60,488 nt of DNA from Nemertoderma westbladi. Lineage: Eukaryota; Animalia; Xenacoelomorpha. Location: assembly GCA_032718475.1 (NCBI GenBank), contig JAUCBJ010006657.1:1-60488 (forward strand). The letters are read 5' to 3'. Shown here in pieces: positions 1 to 14,057 of the stretch. The notes under the pieces were generated by a model that made no database searches, had not been told where the DNA came from, and worked only from the letters and a program-made list of their open reading frames with translations. The position numbers and the translations under genes were made by a program. Every line of letters begins with the position of its first letter. Position 1 is the stretch's first letter.

Positions 1-2189
1 TAATATCTGATGTAGTTGGTGGCCACGTTGTCAGCATATACAGTATACAGTGGTTGGTTGGTTGCGTGAATAGGAAATAACTATGGAAATGTTCGTATAC
101 GTGTAGCCGGAAACGTGGCGGATTGGTAGGTTGCTCGGTTGAATGGATTGGTGACAGCCGTCGAAGAGTTGGCGATCGATTCGATATAATAGGGTAGTGT
201 GGGGCTAGCCACACGATGAGAGGTTTGGGTACGCGCGAAGATGAATATGCTATGGTTGGTTGATGCAACGACGCGAACCAATACTGACGGGAGGTAACAG
301 CTGTAGGAGTAAAGCGGGCATCGCGAGGTTAGGCTACGCGTAGGTGATAGGCAGCGATTGGTTGAAGGCAACGACGCGAATCAATATTGATGGTGACAGA
401 TGGTCATTAAACACCTCGATTTAGCACCGGAATTTGGCATATTTTAATTGCCTCCGAGATGTGGCCCGTAGCCCAGGCTAGGGAGGAGTTAGCCGAGAAC
501 TATGCTTCTCCTACTACTGACGGTGCATAGTGTGATGCACCAGACTGTTCCAAAACTAATATCTTAGCAGAATTTAGAGTGAGTTAACTATTAACTTTAG
601 GTCTCGATAAACGCCTGAGATACTTTAAAATTCATATTTGTACTAAACAATATACCCCCAAGTCACGATATGATGTTGACTAACAGTCGAAGGTTATAGC
701 TATGCGACGTGTGTTACATTTAATCTCTCAAAACTCTGGTAAGGTAGGCCTAGGGAATACTGCATTATAGTTATACTGTAAATTAAATTCTTGTTAAATT
801 GTCTTATTTGGTCTGTTGCTATGGTAACGTGGACTGTAAATGTCACCCGAATGTGCACAATATGACGGGAAGTATCACCATGCTTCTTAGCTGTAGTGAT
901 ATTTTCAAATAATTACAAATATAGAAGCAAATAGTTGAGTAAAGGTACACGAATTCTCCACTTAAACTTAATATTTTGATACTTGTGTAAATTACTCTGG
1001 TCCAAATAATGGGCCTGTGTCTGCGACATTGACGCTATTTGATTTTATATTGCCCTTGATGTGTTCCCAAGATGTCATATAAGTTGTGTGATGGGTTTTT
1101 TGATTTTTAAAACTGTTTGTTGATTTTCTCAGGAAAAGGAAAGGTGAGACAAAGAAATTGATAATTTAAATTTCATAAATCTGTTGCTAAGGCGGTTACT
1201 AGGCCCGGGTTGCCGGACTGCAATGGAATTTCGGAAATTTTCTTCTTTACCAAAGTGTTTATAACAGTTTCAGGACAACATTGATGCATTTTGATTAACT
1301 TTCAATTTATACACTAGTTATGAGACGAGATTCACTAACATTCACCATGAACTTGTATCCTAAAATTGAAAAAAACACATTTTTGAGCAAAAAACTTTGA
1401 AGCCCAAAAAAAGGCATTAAATCAAAAATGCAGAGGTGGCATCCGGCCTAGCTGGATTCGCCATGTCTTGAAGTACAAAAATCAGGTGGATGCCAACCAT
1501 TAACAAAAAATGCCATCTAAACTTAATTTTTGGGAGTTGGCAGGTAGACTATGATGGGTTTTGCCTACAATAGTGAATTCCTTGCTTGTGTGCCTGACTG
1601 CCTGGATGTGTTGCAACAGAGTCTGTATTCAGAAAATGTTTCACTTTAGGGCCTACCGACTTTCATACTGCTACATGTACTGTACAGCATTATTATGATG
1701 TCAACGTCTACGAGTCTGCATGTGTAGAACTATAGCAGCCAAGTCTGTCTTCAGGAAATGTTTCACTTTCACATTTGCAACCTACAGTATTGCGACCAAG
1801 GACAAACTTGTCAGATAAGTGCTAGAATATATCCTGTGTCTTTGTGGGGTCGGTAATCGCCACTAATCGGTATGCAGTTCTAGTTCCAGTTCTTCCCGCT
1901 AAAGGGCGAAATGTATGAAACTGAAAACATTCTCCCATTTCCGTCATTTTTAATTAGAATTAAAATTAATTTGAATCTTGGCATTGTTTGTACTATTGTA
2001 TATACTAAAGCTTATCTTATTTCGTTTTGTTATAAGCATAATCATAATATATAAATTTGTATCGCGCCCTTTACGTAGTGGTCAAAGGCGCACGTTACAC
2101 ATAATCTTAAAATTAAAAAAAACCAATCACTGTAAACTATGAACTGAATTAAAAGAGTTAAAAACAAAATTAAAAACACAACTGAAGAC

Positions 2190-2695
2190 ATGATTTCACT
2201 TGAAAAACGTGAGATTATAATTCATGTTAAAAAAAATTTAATTATAATCATTGGAATTCCATTTTGAATAAATGATTCTTTAATAGTTTCTTAAATATTT
2301 CTATCGAGGGAGATCGGCGAATGTTGATGGGAAATGAGTTCCAAATTGTTGGTGCAGCTACCGCGAAAGAACGTTTACCATAGCTTGCAAGATTGAATTT
2401 AGGAACGCTAAGAAGGGTCAGTTCAGCGGAACGTAGTTCGCGTTAGGCCGATGATGTGAATACATTTATAGGTCATTAGCGCAATCTTGAAATCGATCCG
2501 GCGTAGAATAGGTAGCCAATGCAATGTAGCTCTTTCAACACCGGTGTAATGTGGTCTCTTTTGCGTGTTCCTGTTAGCAGGCTTGCGGCAGAATTCTGGA
2601 CATACTGCAACTTTTTAACTACCTTCCAAGGAAGACCATAATATAACGAGTTGTTGTAATCTAGTTTGCTAGAGATCAGTGCGTGGATTAAAACT
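2190..2695 (-). mobile_element. 3' fragment of an L2/CR1-group LINE
   Basis: The minus strand encodes a degenerate C-terminal ORF2 (…RSFAVAAPTIWNSFP…, also LQYVQNSAA and HITPVL…LHWL-like), typical of L2/CR1 3' ends. Confidence 0.7.
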
Positions 2696-2874
2696 GTACT
2701 GTACTGTACTGGATTATAACCTGTACATATACTAATTTGTTTATTGTTTTGGTTAGATTCAGCCCTTCTGTAACCTGTTTTTTTGGTGAAAACCTAGTAT
2801 TCTTCACATGGGGGTAACTGCAAAGTGAAAATAACAGCAGAAAGTCTGATATTCTTCACATGGGCCCACTAAGT

Positions 2875-3095
2875 CACATCTTGTGTAGTTGTTAAATCCG
2901 TTGCCTTCATTTCACATGTATCCGGGAGGTCGTGGGTCCTGGACTACTGGGGCGCTTTTCATCCTTAAACGGTAGCTCAATGAGTAAACCAGTTTGCCAT
3001 GGGAGTATAGTTCCGGGTGGACCACACTGGAAATAAGTTATCAGACTTTGTGCGTAATAATACCTGGCACAACGGCTGAAGAAAATTTACTTCAC
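2875..3095 (+). mobile_element. tRNA-derived SINE with Deu/Nin-like core
   Basis: Decayed A/B-box head (GTGTAGTTGTTAAATCCG…GGAGGTCGTGGGTCC) followed by TTTCATCCTT…GGTAG…AATGAGTA. A second copy lies at ~58945-59160. Confidence 0.5.
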
Positions 3096-3169
3096 TATAA
3101 TAGCAGTATTATATGATAGATAAATATATCAATTTTTGAATAAAGTAATAGCGATTGCGGGTTCCTGGT

Positions 3170-3241
3170 GGTTCTATGGTGTAATGGCTAGCACTCAGGA
3201 CTCTGAATCCTGCAATCCGTGTTCGAATCTCGGTAGAACCT
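3170..3241 (+). tRNA. tRNA-Gln (anticodon CTG)
   Basis: 72-nt cloverleaf: acceptor GGTTCTA/TAGAACC, anticodon arm CAGGA-CT-CTG-AA-TCCTG, T-loop TTCGAAT. An oligo-T Pol III terminator follows ~5 nt downstream. One T-stem mismatch (CCGTG/CTCGG). Confidence 0.9.
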
Positions 3242-4818
3242 GTTGCTTTTTGCAATGTTCTCAATTTCTGGTGGCCTCCAGTGTTGTATTATTCATCCCC
3301 AAGCAACTTTTTCTTTATAATAATTGATATCATATTTTACGCGATGGAGCGCTATTTTTTCATCATAACTTTTATGTAATTACAATCACGCAGCTAAGCC
3401 TGTAATCTGGTCTACTAAGTGTACATAGCTCACAGCATGAGCCCTTTTGCTACCCCACCCCCACCTGCCCGGTACTCACACAATACATTAGGCTACACTC
3501 CTACACTAGCAATACTAGGTTACCAGTTCGATCCCACCTGGACGTCAATGCCGACTTTGTAAAGCTGTGCCCATCAAAAGTTATAATAATATATTATGTC
3601 ATGTTTAAATTTTATAATAAATAAAAATATGCTACTATGGAAAATGTTCTACACCACAGTTTAAGTCAGATATGCAGTAGACATCTAAGATTATGTAGCC
3701 TATACCACGGTCTTGGACCTGAGTATATCGTCTATCCGCTTATCCCGTATCTTCATCTGTTGGTGCTGGGTGAAGTCTCATCTCACTGCTTACTGTATAC
3801 AGGTAAACAGTTAAATAATCTATTCGGCTTCTAGACAGCCGATAACTTATAACCCTTCGGATGAATTCATTAATTTTAACCAACCAACCACCCCATTCTT
3901 CCTCCAAAAAATTATAATGTTTAGCGGAAAAAAAATATACGTTATAATGGTTTTAACAGTTACAGTATATGATTTATGATTTTTAAAAGATATTGATGAT
4001 AAGTGCGGATTATATAATTCCTTGCTTTTTGATTTCTATGCATGCTATTCATGTGCAGTGCATGATATACATACAATTACTATGCATTACTGTAGTAGTT
4101 ACCTTATTATTGAGTGTATATTGTAGGGTCCATATTCCCTCACCCTTTTCAAATATATGCCTTCCTTACAAGGCACTTTCACCCGATAAACAGTTGTTTT
4201 ATATTTGCAAAGGATAGAAGGATAGCACGACTGTATCATAAATGGGTGTTTAAAGTTTAAGGAACAATTCAAACCTTCCCGCTATTTTAGATAATACCAA
4301 TTTTCTATGTTCGTCAATAACTTTGTCAAAAATGAATGAAATTCAACGAGATTTTTTATGCTTGCTAAACAGATAACTAGTAAAACAACTTTCTAGCAAT
4401 TTTATTCATATCTGTACCGTGAGAGCCTTTTTTATGAAAAGTGCTCCGTACGATTGTGAAATATAGTGAAATAAAAAAAAATATAGTTAAAATAAATATA
4501 ATAAACATTGACTTTATTACCAACATATGGTGTAAAATAATAATACAGACAGACACTGACTTCAACCGACAGGTTAATTTAGTAAATTAAATATAATGTA
4601 ATTGATTAATTAATACTGTAGTTAGTAGAGAAATTGATTGAAAATAATTGAATTAAAATATGAAATTATGAGGGGCTAAAAAAGAAATAACTATTTGGTA
4701 GGGTTGGGATATTAAGTTTAAAAAATATGAAGTACATATGTTGTTAGGGTTAGGGTTGGGATATTAAGTTTAAAAGTATGAAGTACATATGAGTTGTTGA
4801 CCATGATAATAAAATAAA

Positions 4819-7100
4819 TCAAGTGGGCTGTTTACGTACATACATTGCTAAGGCGGTTTTAAATGCGGACGTTTCTGCTACCTCCGGACACGTGGCAGCG
4901 TGGAATTTTTCGGACGCCGATGCGTCACAGAAGGCGCAGACGCACGAAGGTGTCGGTTTCCAGCAGCGTTTGGTTCTGCACAGTTTATGGTGCGATCCAT
5001 TTGATATGTACTGCGCCGCATCTCGACGTCTTAGACCTGTTAGCTTCCTGAGAGAAATTATGTTGGTTATGTCAAGCGGGATGTCAACCGATTGTAGAAT
5101 CGCGGTGGATGATGCATATTTGCTCACCCCGCACCACAGTTTCCAGAAGAATACGCGAACGAGCTCCACGTGTGGTAAACTGGGTGCGTCGGCCGCGGCA
5201 ACGCCGTAGACGGAGCAACCGTATGTGGTAGACTGAAGGATGACCTGTTCGACCACAATGACCACAATCGACCTGCTGTTACCATCGATATTTTATTGAA
5301 ACTGACCCGTCAGGCCAGTCTCATGCAGAAGGAAACCCCTCGCTTGTGGAGATGATTATAGTGGCCTGACGCACAAGCGGTAGTAGTTACTACAATGCCG
5401 AGATACTCGAAGGTGTTGACGAACTCGAGAGGTGATCCTTGGTATATGAGGACGTCTGTCTTACAAAGCCGACCACCACGCTGGAATTTAATAGCCTTCG
5501 TTTTGGACTTGTTAACGATCAGATCGTATTCTTTGCAATAGTCGGAAAACTTGTCGAGTCCAGCTTGTACTTCCACGATTGTTGTTCCGGTAATGGCTAC
5601 ATCATCAGCACACATGAACATGTGACATCCAACTGAGAGTATTACAACTGGGAGGTCGTACAGAAATAGGCTAAATAGGAGAGGCGACAGTTTATCTCCT
5701 TGTACAACTCAAATTGTCTGTGTTATGGGGTCCATGACATAAACACCAAGGCAGATGTACACGAAGTTGGTCGATATTAGTGCCCAGAGGGCAGCGATGA
5801 ACGTCCGACTGATGCCCAACATGGACAGTTTGAAGCATAGCTTTCTACGGTTAACTGAGTCGAACGCTTTCGAAAAGTCGACGAACACGCAGTACACATG
5901 TCCTCCAGCGTTACTCAAGGTATGTCGGATTACTGTAATCAGCTTCGTAGCCGCTTGGATCGTAGAACGCCCCTTGCAGATACCGTACTGGCAGCATGGG
6001 AGAATCCCGGTGGATTCGGACCAGTAGTATAACCGATTATAGAAGATAGTCGTGTAGGTCTTTAATAGGCATGAAAGTAGAGCGATGCCCCGATACGAAT
6101 TCGGGGAGACTTTAGGGCCCTTTCCTTTATAAAGGGGGAGAAGGTATGAGTTTAACCAAAGAGCTGGGCAGGTTGCCGCCGACAAACACATTGGGAACAG
6201 AGTGAGGAGAAATGGAAGAAGGGAACTGAAACCAAGTTTAATTGATTCATTGGATACCCCATCAGGACCCGTTGCTTTGTGATTCTTCTGCGAGTGTACT
6301 GCGGAAGTAACCTCATCTGCATCTATCGGGTGGTCTAGGAAAGGGACGGTTTGTTCCGGTAAGTCTGGGAGTTTGGTGTCGACATCCCGAGTAAGTAGAG
6401 TGCTGAAGTGAGACGACCAGTCCTCTGACGGTACCTGTTGCGGTGCAGAGTGTTGGCGTTTTGCCTTAGTTATATTCCAGAATACCGCCTGGTCGGCTTC
6501 GCATTGGTCAATCAGGTTATGTTCTTTCTGAGCCTCGAACGAACTCTTCTTAGATCTAAGTAGCGATATATAAGTACGTTTCAGTTGGCAGTATTCCTCT
6601 CGGTTAGAGTCATTCGGATGCAAACGAACGCGTTGTTGACTGGCCTTTACGGTACGCTGGAGCTCGTAACAATCTTTTGTAAACCATGGTTTCGAGATTT
6701 TCTTCTGACGAGAGACCGCTGCGCCTTCCAACGCATCAGTAATGTAGTTACAGGCACCGTCGATATCCTGTTCAGTTAGATTATGATATTCGTCGATTTT
6801 CATTGACAGTTTGCCTTCTAAAATATCAGTATTAATATCATTGATTCGTTGCGTGCGTTCGTTCCGTGGAGGCGAGGCAGATGACAACGCGATGCGGGTT
6901 GAAACCCATTGGTGTTTGCAGTTTATGGTTGTTAATACTGACAAATCTGTACGATCTATTAAAATTTGGTCAATAAACGTAAGGCCAATGACGCTGTGGC
7001 CATTCCAACAAATGTAGGTTGGTATATCTGGGTCTGTTATACACGCTAGACCTAGACCTGCAAGTCAATCGCATAGGTGGTCGCCACGAGAGCTGCTGTC
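4819..7100 (-). mobile_element. Decayed non-LTR retrotransposon ORF2 (end of APE + RT; RTEX-like, clade uncertain)
   Basis: ORFs 5709-6944, 5310-5621 and 4819-5265 carry KATGPDG, SYRGIALLS, FVDFSKAFDSV, (VQG)DKLSPLLF, ADD and FEYLG. Interrupted by stops and frameshifts. Confidence 0.85.
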
Positions 7101-7796
7101 CCCATCGATGCGGCAGTTAAAAAATAAATAAAAAAATATAAATATCATAACATATAAATATAAATATAAATATAATATAAATAAATTATCAATAGAGTAG
7201 GCCTATAATCAATTATGCAATTAATTTATTAGCAATGCAACATATTCGCAACGTTTATATTAAAACAAATTATTGTTTAAAATATAATAAATTTTATAAA
7301 TTGAGACACTGTTAGAGGAGTGGCTCAATTTTTGCAGAGTTGTTTTCGGGGTTGTTCGGGTTTAGAGCTGTCGGTTTGACAATTTGTAGTCATCTAATAC
7401 GTCCAATAGATCAGATTTTTGTGAGACTATCATTCGCCATCAGTTAAATAGTATACCGCTAGAGGGCTACATTTTTAAGCATTAAATGTCCTCCAATTTC
7501 TTTGCATTTAATCCGTTCAAGCTGAAATCTTTCAGATATTTACTAGAACACAACATGTCTCTTTGTGGGGTCGGTAATCAGTCTGTAGTTCTCCAACCTT
7601 CCGTCCTTGGACTTAACCTTCCCCATTTCCTTGATATTAATAACGAACCTGTCTTTAGACATGGTAGTTCTTGTCATGAGTTGAGCCGTTCAAAAACACG
7701 ATGTGTGTGTGTATGTGTATATAACCATCCAATATCTCAAAAACTCAAGCAGGTACGCAACAATTTTTAACGCGACTATTTATCAATTAGTATCTA

Positions 7797-8508
7797 CAGT
7801 ACAGGCCACCAGAAAACGCAGATTTGTACAATTGTGAACACATTTTATCAAATGTGTACCAGTGTAATGTAATGTTGTTGAACGGAACAATTGAACATAA
7901 TTGAATTGGCAACAACCAAAATGTTTTCGCCAAAGGATACAATTGAATACTTTTGAAACGCTTAGTAATCTGGAAACTCTCTGTTATTTGCCGCGACCTG
8001 TCACTCACTGCAGCTGGAAATGCGATAAGGATTTTGTTTACCTTTATAGTGTGCGGTTAATAGTGTCTAGTAGGCAGGCCTATAGTTAGTGATGTTAAGG
8101 CATCTTCTGGTGTTTCTCTGTGCCCTCTCGGTGTCAGACTAATGGCGCGACATCTCCCTGCACTAAATTAATTATTCAATGGTCTAGGCTCCTCCATCCA
8201 CATACCCATCCACCCATACACTCCATGAACCTCCATGTGGTCTTGTATGTAGTTCTCTCTCTACCAATACAGCCCATGTCCACAATGTTACGCCCTGGGG
8301 GCTCTCTCATCTACCTGATATCAGACATACAGGCGCACCGCCTTTATGGGCACACGGCCACAAAGCCTTTGTCGGTCCCAGCAAGTTAGCCTCCTGCTGT
8401 GTGATCTAGAAGATGACTCGCCATAACATGCCAATCAGATGACTTGAACAAATGTGTTCACATGTGATCACATTGGATGAAATCTGCTTTTTCTGGTGGC
8501 CTGTACTG
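7797..8508. mobile_element. Tc1/mariner-type MITE
   Basis: TIRs CAGTACAGGCCACCAGAAAA.GCAGATT / AATCTGCTTTTTCTGGTGGCCTGTACTG, flanked by TA. Confidence 0.8.
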
Positions 8509-8884
8509 TAGTTGTTGAATAAAAAAGTTGGGAACGATTCGATGTGCGATATTCGAAATATTAGCATATTATCAACATTATGAAACGCGAAATTAAATAC
8601 CCACAGCTACACTTTTTCAGCTGAACAACATTTCACTACTTATTGTTAATTTGAGTTACGTACTACATTATTATTATATTATTACAGTTCTATCTCTATT
8701 TAGTCAGTTAGTGTAATGTCAAGCAGTACATCATTTATATATCGTATGTATCTATAGGGCCTAATTATCATCGTTATAATACTGTCATCAACGTTACAAC
8801 AGCTGTCGATTAAACTAACAAACCAGAAAACTGAACCAGGGTGGCTGCCAGCCGGGTACCAACGGCTGTTGGGTAGACTTAAGG

Positions 8885-10192
8885 ATTAATCGGATCAGGG
8901 ATCCCATTGAGAGACTGCTCCGTGGAAATTAGAATGGGTTCCGTAAAGGTCGTGGGACCATGGAGCCCATTTTGGCACTTAGAAGGATAATTTAAGAATT
9001 ATCAAAAAAGAAAGACAGGCATCTGGCTGTTATCTTTGTTGACTTCTTCAAGGCCTTTGATTCAGTCTCTCGCTCACGTATGTTCGGCATACTTTCATTA
9101 TATGGGATTCCTGATGAAATTATTGCAGCAATCAGATCAGTATACGATGGTTCGACAACATTTGTGTCTACTGTTGACGGTGACACATAACCATTTGAAG
9201 TGTTATGGGGCGTCCTCCAGGGAGACACACTTGCACCATTCTTGTTCATAATTGTTGTTGACTATGTTCTACGCATGTCCTTAGATCATCATAATGATGA
9301 TGGGGTGGTGATAACTCCACCTACTGGCTCCAGAAGTCGAGGAAATCCTGCCAAGTACCTAACTGATCTAGACTTTGCTGATGACTTAGGAGTACTCTCA
9401 GAATCACTAGAGGGAGCCCAACGGCTCCTCAGCTCATTAGAACATGCTGCTTCTAGTGTTGGTCTTTTTATTAACTCCAGAAAGAGCAAAATTTTGACAG
9501 TTAACTTTGAAAGTCCTCAGCAAGTCTCTGATCGGATGAGCATAAGCTCAAAAGATGGTATGCTTGATGTGGATGACTTCTGTTACCTGGGATCATGGAT
9601 CCGGAAGTCAGGTGAGGACCTTCGAATACGTAAGGGAAAGGCATGGGCAGCCTTAAATAGGCTTTCCAGGATTTGGAAGTCACCGAGAATTAATCGGAAA
9701 CTTAAGGTCCGATTATTTAGAGCAGCAGTAGTTCCCAGTACTCCTCTACGGGAGTCCATGCTGGGCTCTAACTGCTGAGGACACCAAATCTCTGGATGGC
9801 ACATTCACAAGAATGCTACTCCGGGTTCATTGTATCAAGTACAATGCACACATCTCCAACCAGACACTATATAACATTGGAGGTGTTTCATTGGTTCCCC
9901 CAAGCTTGACACTAGAACAAAATCGCCTCCGCTTTGCAGGACATTGCTTTCGCCGTGAGGACCAGCCAGTGCATAATCTTGTACTTTGGCACCCTCATGG
10001 AGTGAATAAGCATGGTGGACAGCCCATGACTTTCTTGAGACGCATCTTAAAGGACACTGGCCTTGAAGATGCGGATGATCTAGCAAATGTCATGGGTGAT
10101 AGGGAGTTGTGGCGATGCAATTTTGTCGATAAGCCGGCACAGCATTCTTAAAAATGCAGCTGCAATGCAGCATGCCGATCCTAGTAGTAGTA
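8885..10192 (+). mobile_element. 5'-truncated RTE-clade LINE with (TAG)n tail and 42-bp flanking direct repeat
   Basis: RT motifs VDFFKAFDS, GVLQGDTLAPFLF, DLDFADD, FCYLGS and RLRFAGHC; tail CTAGTAGTAGTA. Identical GGCTGCCAGCCGGGTACCAACGGCTGTTGGGTAGACTTAAGG at 8843-8884 and 10193-10234. Confidence 0.88.
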
Positions 10193-10399
10193 GGCTGCCA
10201 GCCGGGTACCAACGGCTGTTGGGTAGACTTAAGGGAACATTTCACAAACTTTCATTGGAGGCTTGTACTGTACATGTACATTATATTGGTTGCTCCGATG
10301 TTTTTATTAGGCTAACTGAGGATGTATCAGGTATAAATACTGTAATTAGTGTTTTATTTTATTTATCTAATCTAGCTAAGAAGTAGATCTCGTCCGGAA

Positions 10400-12766
10400 C
10401 AAACTGGCCATCAAAAGCCCAACTATTACCGGTATTATTTAAAAGTTCCTTTACTTGAGAGATACAAGTTTTACCGTTAAGTGACTTAAGGGAAATGTAC
10501 GCTTGCTTCACTAACCTAAAATCAGGCAGCTTAATAATTTATAACCAGAACTTTATAATTGACAATTTTCTTCTGATATCCAAGGGGAAAACACCAACTT
10601 GCCCGAAGCGTTTGAAGTTTGGAGTGTTAGAACAATTATTCAATATTCTATTCAAGAATTTACGGTGCAATTTCTCGAAATCTTGACACGCATGGAAGCC
10701 CCAGACCTGGCATCCATATTCTAGAATCGGCCTTATAAGAATGTTGTAAATAGATATCATTGTTTTTATAGACAGAAACGGGAAATAGTTGAAGAATCCC
10801 AATAGTGAAAAATATGCTTTGCTAGCCTTATCAGCTAGCGCACTCTGGACTGCATAGAAGGAGCCTGAAGAAGAAAGGTTTACACCTAGGTAGGATATAA
10901 TTGCTTACAAACTCCAGAACGTTGCCCTTAAAATTCAATTTCTCTTCAGAACGGACGCTACCACCTTTCCGAAAGACCACAATTTGGGACTTCTTCAGGT
11001 TAACCTCGAGGCCCCAGAATTCACAGAGGTAGCAAGGGTCTCAAAATATGTTTGGAGTTTGTTGACCTTATCCGAGATCATTACAATGTCATCTGCGAAC
11101 AGTAGAAGAACAATACGTATGAACCCAATTTCAATCTCATTTGCTGATGTTCTTGCTAATTCGCTCTCAAGTTCGTTAATGAATAACAAGAAAAGCAAGG
11201 GAGAGAGACTCTCACCTTGTAGGACACCCAGTAAGCAATCAAATGTATGTGAAATGGAACCATCTCATCTAACTCTAGAACTAAATGTCTCATAAATACG
11301 CTTTATTATATTTAAAATACAACCGCTGAAACCTAAACCTATTAATTTGCACCAAAGTGCCTTCCGATCAACTAAGTCGAAGGCTTTTTTAAGATCGACG
11401 AAACCGCAATAAAGCCTTCCACCCTTATTGTGCAAAATACATAGTTATAAGCGAGTTAATAATAAATATATTATCACAAGTACTATATCCTTTCCTGAAA
11501 CCACCCTGAGCCTGTACAATAACTCCAAACACATCAGCCCACCAGGTAAGCCTGGTATTTAAGATGGAAGTGAACAGCTTGCTGACAACACTAAGAAGAG
11601 TAATCCCCCTATAATTATTGTTGTCAATCCTATGATACTCTTGTAGACTGGTGATAATATTCCTGTAGACCAGGCAGATGGGAAATTTCCAGAAAAGAGA
11701 ATTAACTTAAATATCCCTGTAATGATGGGGACAACTTGAGAGTGCCCAAAGATTAAAAATTCATTTAGAATTAGGACCATGCCGCTCGCCTTACCTGTTT
11801 TCAGACGCCCGATTGCTTCCAAAACCTCATCTTCAGTTAAAGGCTGACTAAGTTGTGTTTTAAAAATACTTTTAGCATCTTCAAGATCAATGTTTGTTTC
11901 GGGAGTAACCCCCATGTCTTCGAATGACCCACCATTACCGGACAATACAGCAAAGTGTTGCAGGAAATTATCTTAACTAGGCCCTACCTTGTTAGCTTGC
12001 TTAACATTGGAAGATGACTTTAATAACTTCCAGTACTTCTTGTTGTCACTTACCTTGAGATTTTCCAACCTGGAACTCTGGCTTTTCTTAAATTTGTACT
12101 TTTCACTCTAATGGCCCTGGCAAAAGCTGCCCTTTTAGTTACAAGGTTTGCTCTTGATTCCGACGACCCACTGGATATCCAACGAAGTGTTGCTCTCCTG
12201 AAGGCATATTTGCACTCCAAGCATTCGATGTCATACCAAGGTTGAGTCTGAGACGGATATGTGATGTCGTCACTAATTTGGGTGAAGGATCTAAATAAGG
12301 GATCCGCAGCAGCTAAAATTGTTTCATTGAACTTGTTAACAACCTTGTCCACACCATCATCCTCATCCATGGCGTCAATACTATCATTGATCATATCTAA
12401 AATACAGTTCCAGTCACCAGTTAAATTAGGCGATTCTAGCCTTCTAACAAAGTCCTCGGAATAATTCTGGTTCCATTTATACTAAATACTTATCTTATCT
12501 TATACTTATATTAAAATACTTATACTCATCTACCCTACTTTGGATTGGAGCATTAGTCCTGGGTAAGGGATTTGGGAGTTCAACAAAAAAAAACTGTGCT
12601 GAAATCACACAATGTGTTGAAAAAATGTTAGGAGCCCCAATATCAAAACTCAGGCAACGCTTATGGACCGGCGTTCGTCCTAACATATAGTCAATTGTTG
12701 ATTGGCCCATTTTATTAAAGGATGTAAACTTACCAACAGATTTATCACTGCCAATTCGGCCATTAA
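10400..12766 (-). mobile_element. Decayed non-LTR retrotransposon (RTEX-like), RT part and 3' part of APE
   Basis: NGRIGSDK..GKFT..STIDY (APE end), VDLKKAFD, GVLQGESLSPLLF, LLFADD, LEYGCQVWG; many frameshifts. Confidence 0.85.
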
Positions 12767-12800
12767 CCCTTTGAGCCCTAAGGACGTATATATACGTCCT
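12767..12800 (+). mobile_element. piggyBac-like terminus inserted at TTAA
   Basis: TTAA|CCCTTTGAGCCCTA followed by the perfect palindrome AGGACGTATATATACGTCCT, starting exactly where the LINE breaks. The matching right TIR was not found. Confidence 0.55.
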
Positions 12801-12804
12801 CAAC

Positions 12805-13430
12805 AGTGTGGGGCGAGACACGTAGTCGGCGAGCCTTGGCATACGGTTCATATAGGGCAAATGGGGCATGTCCGTCTGTCTGTCTGTCTGTCCGTCCGTC
12901 CGTCTGGTAAATGTTTGAACGCGAATTTCTCGGCATCGCTCGTTCGGAATTGAACCAAACTTAGTAGGTAAGTAGTAGAGAGAAAGTTTAGAAAGTTTGT
13001 AAAGTTTGGTGAAAAATCATGCAGTCTGACGTCAGCTACGACAGATTATGTGGTTTTTAGAAAATGTTAAATTTCTCGGGAACGCCTCATTTTCCTGAGC
13101 TGAAATTTTGGTTGCTTGTAGAGAATCAGGAAGTCTATCTTTTACGAAATTGAAAAGTTAAGACATTTAATTGGGGATCCGCTAGAGACTCAGAAGTAAT
13201 GACATAGGCCTACCGGTACGATAGGCCTACTGCTGTAATGTGCAGCACTGGTACAGTAAGTACGAAATTGCAGAATAACAATTGGACACCACCTAGCGGA
13301 TTAATATATGATTGTATATCGAAAGAATACGCTTATAACATGGGGTATGGGATGTATATCGAAAGAATACACTTATAGTATGGGGTATGGGGTCCGAGCC
13401 ATGAAGTTGCGGAGCCTTTGCGAACTGACT
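12805..13430 (+). mobile_element. DINE-1/HINE-like non-autonomous rolling-circle element
   Basis: Short 5' inverted motif, (GTCY)n microsatellite at ~12869-12905, then a TTTCTCGG…AACCAAACTT core typical of Helentron-associated elements. Confidence 0.5.
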
Positions 13431-13434
13431 CCAT

Positions 13435-13592
13435 GACAGCCCATGACTTTCTTGAGACGCATCTTAAAGGACACTGGCCTTAAAGATGCGGATGATCTAG
13501 CAAATGTCATGGGTGATAGGGAGTTGTGGCGGTGCAATTTTGTTGACAAGCCGGCACAGCATTCTTAAAAATGCAGTTGCAATGCAGCATGC
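13435..13592 (+). mobile_element. Short 3' fragment of the RTE family at 8885-10192
   Basis: Nearly identical to 10018-10175. Confidence 0.85.
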
Positions 13593-14057
13593 TAACGGAC
13601 AATTTTTTTGTATCACAATCCATCATGCGCTCACACGTTTCATGAAATCTTGGCAAACTTCGAGGGTATCATACTACACCATCTTGGACAGTAATTTCTG
13701 TCATCCGTGATATATGCCGTTTGGCCCTTTTGGCACCAGAAATATGAGTAAGAGACATGACGTAAGAGACAGGATTAAACGGATTCCAAATTTCTGTCAA
13801 AGTAACAATCATTTATTAAATCAATAGCAATCAATTTTTTGTACTTCTTTGTACAAATTCGTCGGACCCTTAAATCTTTGAGTAATTCTTATATTTTCAA
13901 AGTTTAATTTCTGCTTGCATATTGTGATTTATGGGACCCTATAAGTTCTCAACTTTCTTGTTCCTGTAACTTTTAATAATAATAATAATAAATATCTGTA
14001 CGGTAGGCCATGGCCTACTATATTTATACGGCCTAACAGGTCACTTGAACTGGCCTC

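Larger units (their letters stand above)
1552..3145 (+). repeat. Copy of a composite repeat unit also present at 57276-59215 and 59553-60488
   Basis: Near-identical sequence from GATGGGTTTTGCCTACAATAGTG to AATTTTTGAATAAAG. This copy lacks the segment corresponding to ~58400-58780, which is replaced by (ACTGT)n. Confidence 0.92.

Noticed and set aside
400-1551. Possible Academ-like non-autonomous element ending …GGCAGGTAGACTA
   Set aside because: Only one putative end is seen; no partner TIR or TSD in the window.
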